This document shows, one piece after another, positions 57,055 through 64,000 of a stretch of DNA of 64,000 nt (position 1 is its first letter; each line of letters begins with the position of its first letter). The notes under the pieces are model-generated. The model had not been told where the DNA came from. It did not search any database and was given only the letters and a program-made list of their open reading frames with translations. The DNA lies in the NCBI GenBank assembly GCA_963741955.1, contig CAVUKB010000005.1, positions 992,001 through 1,056,000 of the forward strand, written 5' to 3'. The translations under genes and the position numbers were made by a program. Source of the DNA: an uncultured Acidobacteriota bacterium (lineage in GTDB: Bacteria; Acidobacteriota; Thermoanaerobaculia; Gp7-AA8).

Positions 57055-57671
57055 AGAGCCGTCAACTTTCCTATGTTCTCGGGGTCGCTCTCGTATCAGC
57101 ATCGCTGGTCGGCTGCGCCACCAACGCCACGGTCGAGAAGAAGATCGCCGAGTCTCAGGCGCAGACCAACCAGAAGATTGATTCCGTTCAGAGTCAGGTA
57201 GAGACACTCCAGGAAAACCAGAACAAGATGCAGCAGGACATTCAGAACATCAGCCAGGAAGCCAAGGACGCGCTGAAGCGTGCCGAGGAAGCCGGTGTTC
57301 TGGCCAAGGGCAAGGTTGCGTTCGAGCAGACGCTGACGGACAACGACGTCCACTTCAAGCTCGGCAGCGACAACCTCACCGACGCCGCGAAGAAGGAGCT
57401 CGACGACTTCGCAGCCAAGGTCAAGGCGCTCGACTCTCCGTACTGGGTCGAGATCCAGGGTCACACCGACAGCACCGGTGGAGCGCGTTTCAACGAGATG
57501 CTCGGTGAGCGCCGCGCCGAGGCTGTCCGTCGTTATCTGAACCAGCAGCAGACTGTTCCGCTGGTCCGGATGTCGACGATCTCCTACGGCGAGACCATGC
57601 CGGCCGCGTCGAACAAGACCCGTGACGGACGGAAGCAGAATCGCCGCGTCGTCCTGGTCGTCCTTCAGTAA
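57051..57671 (+). CDS. OmpA/Pal-family lipoprotein with N-terminal coiled coil
   Basis: Lipobox LVGC; IQGHTDSTG, LGERRAEAV, SYGE, NRRV. Confidence 0.92.
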   Translation: MKSRQLSYVLGVALVSASLVGCATNATVEKKIAESQAQTNQKIDSVQSQVETLQENQNKMQQDIQNISQEAKDALKRAEEAGVLAKGKVAFEQTLTDNDVHFKLGSDNLTDAAKKELDDFAAKVKALDSPYWVEIQGHTDSTGGARFNEMLGERRAEAVRRYLNQQQTVPLVRMSTISYGETMPAASNKTRDGRKQNRRVVLVVLQ

Positions 57672-57692
57672 CCATCGGCAATTCGAAGTTCG

Positions 57693-57720
57693 AGGGGAGC
57701 GCTCCGGCGCTCCCCTTTTT
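57693..57720 (+). terminator. Rho-independent terminator
   Basis: AGGGGAGCGC-TCCG-GCGCTCCCCT followed by TTTT. Confidence 0.85.
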
Positions 57721-57784
57721 ATGCGCCGCCCGCCGAAAAGCGGCCTGACCCCTTTTCGGCTAACCCACTGAGGCACAATCGGAT

Positions 57785-58347
57785 GCGGGTCGCGCGTCCG
57801 TGGGTCGCGCACTGTGGGTCGCGCATTCTGCGCGAGGCTCCCCGGCATCCTGCCGGGGAGCGATGGCCTCAACGCCTCGCGAATCGTTCCGCTCGCGCCG
57901 GAGTGCGTTCGCGTCTCTCGACTCGCGACGATCGTCGCAACTCGCCCCGGGCAGGGCGGCGCGGGACGCCGCCCTGCATCGGGCGAGGACGCCCAACCCA
58001 CTGTGCCTTCCTGCATCCGTGGGTCGCGCACTGTGGGTCGCGCATCCTGCGCGAGGCTCCCCGGCATCCTGCCGGGGAGCGATGGCCTCAACGCCTCGCG
58101 AATCGTTCCTCTCGCGCCGGAGTGAGTTCGCGTCTCTCTACTCGGGACGATCGTCGTATCTCGTCCCGGGCAGGGCGGCGCGGGACGCCGCCCTGCATCG
58201 GGCGGGGACGCCCAACCCACTGTGCCTTCCTGCATCGGGCGGGGACGCCCAACCCACTGTGCCTTCCTGCATCGGGCGAGGACGCCCAACCCACTGTGCC
58301 TTCCCGCATCGGGCGGAACGCCCAACCCACTGTGCCTCCCTGCATCC
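57785..58347. repeat. REPIN/BIME-like array upstream of nhaA (two ~220-bp units plus three ~39-bp sub-repeats)
   Basis: GTGGGTCGCGCATTCTGCGCGA, GCTCCCCGGCA-TCC-TGCCGGGGAGC, GCAGGGCGGCG-CGGGA-CGCCGCCCTGC, TCGGGCG..GACGCCCAACCCAC. Confidence 0.92.
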
Positions 58348-58403
58348 GGGATAGCGCCGGAGGCGCGGACGAGCCCCCCTTCTGCGATGCTAAGATTCCC
58401 GTC

Positions 58404-59708
58404 GTGATCGAAGAAGTCGTCACTCCGCTTCAGCAGTTCATGCGCACCGAGGCGGCGTCCGGAGTCATCCTCGGCGTCGCGACCCTCCTCGCGCTGATCG
58501 CGGCGAATACGCCTCTGCGTACGGGCTACGAAAACTTCCTTCACCTCCACCTGATGGTGGGCGTGGGGGGATTCGTGATCGACAAAGGACTGCTTCACTG
58601 GATCAATGACGGACTGATGGCGATCTTCTTCCTCCTGGTCGGGCTGGAGATCAAGCGCGAGGTCCTGTTCGGACAGCTCTCCTCGATCCGCTCGGCGCTC
58701 CTCCCCGCGGTCGCCGCGGTCTTCGGCGCAGTAGTTCCGGCTGCGATCTTTTTTTTCCTCAATCGAGGCGCCGAGGCACTGCGGGGATGGGCGATCCCGA
58801 TGGCCACCGACATCGCGTTCGCGCTCGGAATCGTCGCGCTCCTCGGAACGAGGATTCCGAGCTGGGCCCGGGTGTTCCTGATGGCCCTCGCGGTGGTGGA
58901 CGATCTCATTGCGGTGGCGGTGATCGCGGTCTTCTACACCGAGTCGCTGAATTTCGTGGCGCTCGGTGTCGCTGGCGCCGTCGTCGTCGTTCTGATCGGA
59001 TTGAACGTAGCTCGGGTTCACGCCGTCCCGGCATACCTGGTGTGCGGGGTCGTCCTCTGGGTCGCGGTTCTCGAGTCAGGGATTCACGCCACGATCGCCG
59101 GCGTGTTCCTCGGATTTCTCGTACCTACGTTCGTCCGGAAGGTGCAGCTGAAACGGCACGAAGCGGAGAGTGACGAGCTCGAAGTGGTGGAAGGACCGTG
59201 GCCGGTGGAGCCGATGCCGGAACAACCGGAGGAGTGGCAGGTTCGGATGCAACTGGTCGAGGCGTGGATCGTCGATCACGCCTCTCCGCTGCACCGGCTG
59301 GAGCACAGACTCCATCCGGTGGTGGCGTGGCTGATCATGCCGCTCTTCGCGTTCGCAAACGCGGGCGTGGCAATCGATCCCCACTCGCTCGGCAGCCTCG
59401 GCTCTCCCCTCTCACTGGGGATCATCCTCGGGCTCTTCTTCGGAAAGCAGATCGGGATCTTCGGATCCGCGGTCCTGCTGATGAAGATGGGGCTCACGAA
59501 TCTGGCGTGGAACGGCAGGACCCTCGCGTGCCTCCACGGAGTGTCGCTGATCGCGGGGATCGGATTCACCATGTCGCTGTTCGTCGCCGGGCTCGCATTC
59601 GGAGAAGGCGATACCCTGGAGCAGTCGAAGATCGCGATTCTCGTGGCATCGGTGGCCGCCGGAGCGATCGGGTACGGCGCACTGCGCCGGCTATCCCCGG
59701 AATCGTAG
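58404..59708 (+). CDS. nhaA: Na+/H+ antiporter NhaA
   Basis: HWINDGLMAIFFLLVGLEIKRE, GWAIPMATDIAFA, LAVVDDL, GIGFTMSLF; GTG start at 58404. Confidence 0.95.
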   Translation: MIEEVVTPLQQFMRTEAASGVILGVATLLALIAANTPLRTGYENFLHLHLMVGVGGFVIDKGLLHWINDGLMAIFFLLVGLEIKREVLFGQLSSIRSALLPAVAAVFGAVVPAAIFFFLNRGAEALRGWAIPMATDIAFALGIVALLGTRIPSWARVFLMALAVVDDLIAVAVIAVFYTESLNFVALGVAGAVVVVLIGLNVARVHAVPAYLVCGVVLWVAVLESGIHATIAGVFLGFLVPTFVRKVQLKRHEAESDELEVVEGPWPVEPMPEQPEEWQVRMQLVEAWIVDHASPLHRLEHRLHPVVAWLIMPLFAFANAGVAIDPHSLGSLGSPLSLGIILGLFFGKQIGIFGSAVLLMKMGLTNLAWNGRTLACLHGVSLIAGIGFTMSLFVAGLAFGEGDTLEQSKIAILVASVAAGAIGYGALRRLSPES

Positions 59709-59744
59709 GCCCGGCGAAAGCTTCCGAGCGGACAACAGAAGGGC

Positions 59745-60353
59745 GTCGCGCACCGTGGGTCGCGCATCCGTGGGTCGCGCACTGTGGGTCGCGCATTCTG
59801 CGCGAGGCTCCCCGGCATCCTGCCGGGGAGCGATGGCCTCAACGCCTCGCGAATCGTTCCTCTCGCGCCGGAGTGCGTTCGCGTCTCTCGACTCGGGACG
59901 ATCGTCGCAACTCGCCCCGGGCAGGGCGGCGCGGGACGCCGCCCTGCATCGGGCGGGGACGCCCAACCCACTGTGCCTCCCTGCATCCGTGGGTCGCGCA
60001 TCCGTGGGTCGCGCACTGTGGGTCGCGCATTCTGCGCGAGGCTCCCCGGCATCCTGCCGGGGAGCGATGGCCTCAACGCCTCGCGAATCGTTCCTCTCGC
60101 GCCGGAGTGCGTTCGCGTCTCTCTACTCGGGACGATCGTCGTATCCCGCCCCGGGCAGGGCGGCGCGGGACGCCGCCCTGCATCGGGCGAGGACGCCCAA
60201 CCCACTGTGCCTCCCTGCATCCGTGGGTCGCGCACCGTGGGTCGCGCACTGTGGGTCGCGCATTCTGCGCGAGGCTCCCCGGCATCCTGCCGGGGAGCGA
60301 TGGCTCAACGCCTCGCGAATCGTTCCTCTCGCGCCGGAGTGCGTTCGCGTCTC
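59745..60353. repeat. REPIN/BIME-like array downstream of nhaA (two full units and one partial)
   Basis: Near-identical to 57785-58347, same orientation. Confidence 0.92.
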
Positions 60354-60457
60354 TTAACCAACGCCGCCTGCGCGATGTATGCGGTTACACAGTGAAAACT
60401 CGATCGCGGTCACGGTTTCCGACCGGGACGGTCGCACCACCGGGTACAATGCACGCC

Positions 60458-60919
60458 ATGAGTGAGAGCCTTCAGGATCATTACGCGCCCAACAACAAGT
60501 GCTTCGGATGCGGGCCTTCGAATCCGAAGGGACTGCAGATCAAGAGCTTCTCCGAAGGGGACGAGGTCGTGGCGGAGTGGCACGCCGAGCCTCATCACCA
60601 GGCATTCGAGGGGATGCTGAGCGGAGGGATCACCGGAACGCTGCTCGACTGCCACAGCAACTGGACCGCCGCATACCATCTGATGAAGAGGAACGCTCTC
60701 GACGCGCCTCCGTGCACAGTGACCGCGGAGTTCCACGTCAAGCTCAGGCGGCCGACGCCACTCGAAGAGACGATCCATCTCCGGGCGCACGTGGTCGAAT
60801 CGGGCGAGGACCGCGCGGTCGTCGAGGCCTCCCTCGAGGCAGGGGGCAAAGTCACCGCGACCTGCCGCGGCGTTTTCATCGCCGTAAAGGAAGGGCATCC
60901 GGCATTCGGTCGGTGGTGA
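60458..60919 (+). CDS. PaaI/hotdog-fold thioesterase
   Basis: CFGCGPSNPKGL, GGITGTLLD, VTAEFHVKLRRPTP. Confidence 0.88.
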   Translation: MSESLQDHYAPNNKCFGCGPSNPKGLQIKSFSEGDEVVAEWHAEPHHQAFEGMLSGGITGTLLDCHSNWTAAYHLMKRNALDAPPCTVTAEFHVKLRRPTPLEETIHLRAHVVESGEDRAVVEASLEAGGKVTATCRGVFIAVKEGHPAFGRW

Positions 60920-61621
60920 TTACTGCCGGTGCCGCCGAAGATGATTGTGCACCTGCGACACTCCGGTGACCTCCCACACCAGGTCCTCTGCGAGCCGCTT
61001 TTCGAACCGTGAGTCGACCCCTCCGTCGAGGGTCACCTCTCCATTTTCGACGTGGACGGTCAGTCCACTCGCATCGATCCGGCCGTCGTCCGTCAGACGC
61101 CGGCAGACGTCGTCTTCGATCCGGTCGTCCGGACGGGTGTACCCCCGAGGACCGCGGCCGGCATGAGGTCCGGCGTTCTCGGTATTCTCGTCGCGGAAGG
61201 TCACACTGTCGAACGAGTCGGAGCCCTGGTCGAAGCCGTAACCCGCCATCGTGCCGCGTCCGGCGCCTCGTTCGCGATATCCTCCCGCGACACCGACGTC
61301 GCGCTCGCTTCCGAACGTCACATCGTAACGGCCGCCGCGCTCCTGCATGCTTCTCCCCTGCTCCATCTGGCGACGCATGTACCGCTGCCATTCCGGGTTC
61401 TCGCGGACCCGGCTCTCGTAGGGGTCGTTCTCACGATCGTAGTCGTAATGCCCGGGATTGCGGTCGTACTGCTCCTGCGTCACGCCGCGCGGCGGTTCCT
61501 CGGCGGGGTCGTGGTCGTACGGACGGCCGTGCTGAGTGTGGATCACACGATTGCCGACCCGTCTCGTCTTCCGGTCCGTCTTCCCTTCCGACGCATCACG
61601 GTCCCATTTCTTTCCAGCCAT
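60920..61621 (-). CDS. BON-domain protein with low-complexity N-terminus
   Basis: GRGPRGYTRPDDRIEDDV, VENGEVTLDG.V, GVSQVHNHL; AAAGGAG RBS. Confidence 0.88.
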   Translation of the reverse strand: MAGKKWDRDASEGKTDRKTRRVGNRVIHTQHGRPYDHDPAEEPPRGVTQEQYDRNPGHYDYDRENDPYESRVRENPEWQRYMRRQMEQGRSMQERGGRYDVTFGSERDVGVAGGYRERGAGRGTMAGYGFDQGSDSFDSVTFRDENTENAGPHAGRGPRGYTRPDDRIEDDVCRRLTDDGRIDASGLTVHVENGEVTLDGGVDSRFEKRLAEDLVWEVTGVSQVHNHLRRHRQ

Positions 61622-61661
61622 ACGCACTCTCCTTTCCGCATGAGGTGAGGAAGAACTGTCG

Positions 61662-61677
61662 AGCAAGGAGAGTGCCG
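61662..61677 (-). promoter_or_regulatory. Putative sigma54 promoter
   Basis: Minus strand CGGCACT-CTCC-TTGCT (GG-N10-GC), about 40 nt upstream of the BON gene. Confidence 0.6.
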
Positions 61678-62007
61678 GTGTCGTTCGCGACGAAGAGCGA
61701 GAGTGGAGATGAGTATGGAGCTTCAGACGGCTGCGCTTCTGCCGCAGGTGTCGTCTCGTTGCGTTCTGAAGGGCGATCTGCGCGGCCACGGCGGAAGCCG
61801 TGACGCCCCTCGGAGAGGGGATCCTTTACTGCCCAGCAAGGTCGCGTCGACTCCCGGCTGACACGCTGATTTTGCTTAAGTAAGTTCGGGCCATTGGGGT
61901 TAGCGGCGGATTCGAAATCCGCACTCCTCGGGCGCGCCCTCATTCGCCTCGGGCGAGAGGCGCGACCCACTCGGCGCGATCCACTGATGCCGCACCCGAA
62001 GTCCGGA

Positions 62008-64000
62008 CTATGCCGGCTCGATACGCTGCACGCTCTGGTAGCCGCGCGGCAGCTTCAACCCGCGCTGGGCGCGCTTCCCGACATAGGTCTCGAGATCGTC
62101 GCCTTTGATCGTCACGAAGCGTTTGCCCGAGTAGACGACGAGAGCGCCATTCTCCGAAACGACTGCAGCGTCGACGACCTCCTCTTTCGGCAGCAGTCCT
62201 TTCGCGGTATGCACCTTGATCGTCCGCACTCCCTTCCCGCGGCTCAGCTTCGGCAGTTCCGCCAGCGGGAAGAGAAGGAGCTTTCCTTCCGTGGTCACCG
62301 ACGCGATGCGATCGTGCTCGTAGTCGAGCACGCGGCGCGGCGGGAGCGGTTTCGCTCCTTTCGAGATATTCATCACGGACTTTCCGGCCCTGATGCGGGT
62401 CTGCATGTCGTCGAGACGGATCACGAATCCGTTGCCGTCCGTCGTCGACAGAAGCCACAGATCGTCCGGCGCTCCCATCATCACGCCGATGAAGCTCGCT
62501 CCGGGCGGTGGCGACACATTCGACGAGAGCGGTTCACCATGGCCCTTCGCCGAGGGGAGCGTATGCGCCGGGAGCGAATACGTCCGCCCCGTCGAGTCGA
62601 GGAAGACGGCGTTCTGGTTGCTCCGCCCCTGCGCCGCGACGAGGAACGAATCCCCGGCCTTGTAGCCGAGGCTCGTCGCGTCGATGTCGTGGCCCTTGGC
62701 CGCACGGACCCAGCCTCGCTCGGAGAGGATCACCGTGACCGGGTCCGACGGCACCAGCGAGCGCTCGTCGATCGCCTTCGCCGCTTCGCGCTGCACGATC
62801 GGAGAGCGCCGCTCGTCGCCGTACTCTTCCGCATCGCGCGCGAGCTCGTCTCCCACCTGCTTCCGCAGGCGAGCCTTCGACTTGAGTGTCTTCTCGAGAT
62901 CGTCGCGCTCGCGCGCCAGCTCGTCCTGCTCGCCGCGGATCTTCATCTCCTCGAGCTTGCTCAGATGGCGCAACTTCAGCTCGAGGATCGCTTCCGCCTG
63001 AATGTCGGTGATCTTGAACCGCTTCATCAGCACCGGCTTCGGCTCGTCCTCGGTGCGGATGATCCGGATCACCTCGTCGATGTTGAGATACGCGACGAGA
63101 AATCCGTCCAGGATGTGCAGCCGGTGGGTGACCTGATCGAGCCGCCACTGCAGACGCCGCCGGACCGTTTCGATCCGGAAGGTCAGCCACTCGTCGAGGA
63201 TGCTGCGAAGGTCGTACTGACGCGGCCGGCCCTCCAGTCCGATCATGGTCATGTTCACCCGATACGTCCGCTCGAGATCGGTGGTGGCGAACAGATGCGC
63301 CATCAGCTCGTCCGCATCGACGCGGTTCGAGCGCGGCACGATCACCAGACGGGTGGGGTTCTCGTGATCCGACTCGTCACGCAGATCCTCGACCATTGGA
63401 AGCTTCTTCGCCTGCATCTGCTGCGCGATCTGCTGGAGGATCTTGCTCCCGGAAACCTGATACGGAAGTGCGGTGATCACGACGTCGCCGTCGTCACGCT
63501 CCCACACCGCCCGCATGCGCACCGACCCGGAGCCGCTGCGGTACATCTCGAGGATCTCTTCGCGGGGCGTGATGATCTCGGCGTCGGTCGGAAAATCGGG
63601 CCCGGGAATCTGTTCACAGATCTCTTCGATCGTCGTGTCGGGATTCTCGAGCAGCAGAATGCACGCCGACACGACTTCGCGCACGTTGTGCGAAGGGACG
63701 TCGGTCGCCATCCCGACTGCGATCCCGGACGCGCCGTTGAGCAGCACGTGCGGGAGTCGTGACGGCAGAAGCCGCGGCTCTCGCATCGTCCCGTCGAAGT
63801 TGAGGCCCCACTCGACCGTCCCCTGTCCCAGCTCGCTGAGCAGCGTCTCCGAGAACCGTGCGAGCCTGGCCTCGGTGTAACGCATCGCGGCGAACGATTT
63901 CGGATCGTCGGGTGAGCCCCAGTTCCCCTGCCCGTCGACCAGCGGATAGCGCATGCTGAACGGCTGCGCCATCAGCACCATCGCCTCGTAGCACGCGCTG
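62008..64000 (-). CDS. parC: DNA topoisomerase IV subunit A (5' end outside the window)
   Basis: [50 protein letters not shown]; no GyrA-box. Confidence 0.93.
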   Translation of the reverse strand, partial: SACYEAMVLMAQPFSMRYPLVDGQGNWGSPDDPKSFAAMRYTEARLARFSETLLSELGQGTVEWGLNFDGTMREPRLLPSRLPHVLLNGASGIAVGMATDVPSHNVREVVSACILLLENPDTTIEEICEQIPGPDFPTDAEIITPREEILEMYRSGSGSVRMRAVWERDDGDVVITALPYQVSGSKILQQIAQQMQAKKLPMVEDLRDESDHENPTRLVIVPRSNRVDADELMAHLFATTDLERTYRVNMTMIGLEGRPRQYDLRSILDEWLTFRIETVRRRLQWRLDQVTHRLHILDGFLVAYLNIDEVIRIIRTEDEPKPVLMKRFKITDIQAEAILELKLRHLSKLEEMKIRGEQDELARERDDLEKTLKSKARLRKQVGDELARDAEEYGDERRSPIVQREAAKAIDERSLVPSDPVTVILSERGWVRAAKGHDIDATSLGYKAGDSFLVAAQGRSNQNAVFLDSTGRTYSLPAHTLPSAKGHGEPLSSNVSPPPGASFIGVMMGAPDDLWLLSTTDGNGFVIRLDDMQTRIRAGKSVMNISKGAKPLPPRRVLDYEHDRIASVTTEGKLLLFPLAELPKLSRGKGVRTIKVHTAKGLLPKEEVVDAAVVSENGALVVYSGKRFVTIKGDDLETYVGKRAQRGLKLPRGYQSVQRIEPA

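Noticed and set aside
57783-58403. N-terminal extension of NhaA (641-aa ORF) and the 59198-60919 fusion ORF
   Set aside because: The extensions are translated REP repeats; homology starts at 58404 and 60458 respectively
59125-59290. Hydrophilic insertion in NhaA
   Set aside because: Long loops at this position are common in NhaA homologs
61890-61940. tRNA-like segment (GCGGATTCGAAATCCGC)
   Set aside because: Only a small hairpin; no cloverleaf, acceptor stem or CCA could be built on either strand

Overview
GC-rich bacterial chromosomal window. Its gene content (Acidobacterial-type VWFA proteins, secreted proteins with basic C-terminal tails) suggests Acidobacteriota, perhaps Thermoanaerobaculia; this is an inference only. 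Main content, in order: (1) a partial complex I operon nuoG-H-J-K-[MITE, DUF6335]-L-M-N ending in a frameshifted rex, with a sigma70 promoter and a Rex operator in front of nuoG; (2) a variable region with a mazEF-type TA pair, three related secreted repeat proteins and a complete DDE IS with a 5-bp target duplication inside a TMEM175 remnant; (3) acyl-CoA dehydrogenase, D-amino-acid aminotransferase, PP2C phosphatase, phosphodiesterase, ABC substrate-binding protein, glnII, a diguanylate cyclase and a candidate FmdB-family selenoprotein with a SECIS-like hairpin; (4) an M16 peptidase, an IS3 remnant, cydAB, pit-DUF47-phoU, pncB, VWA and OmpA proteins, nhaA and a partial parC. Intergenic DNA carries many structured repeats: a 10 x ~182-bp array with a hairpin/G-quadruplex motif, a 5 x 133-bp REP array, REPIN-like arrays on both sides of nhaA, MITE-like hairpins and 7-/9-mer periodic hairpins. 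No tRNA, rRNA or CRISPR array was recognised. All family calls come from motif recognition by eye; no database search was run.
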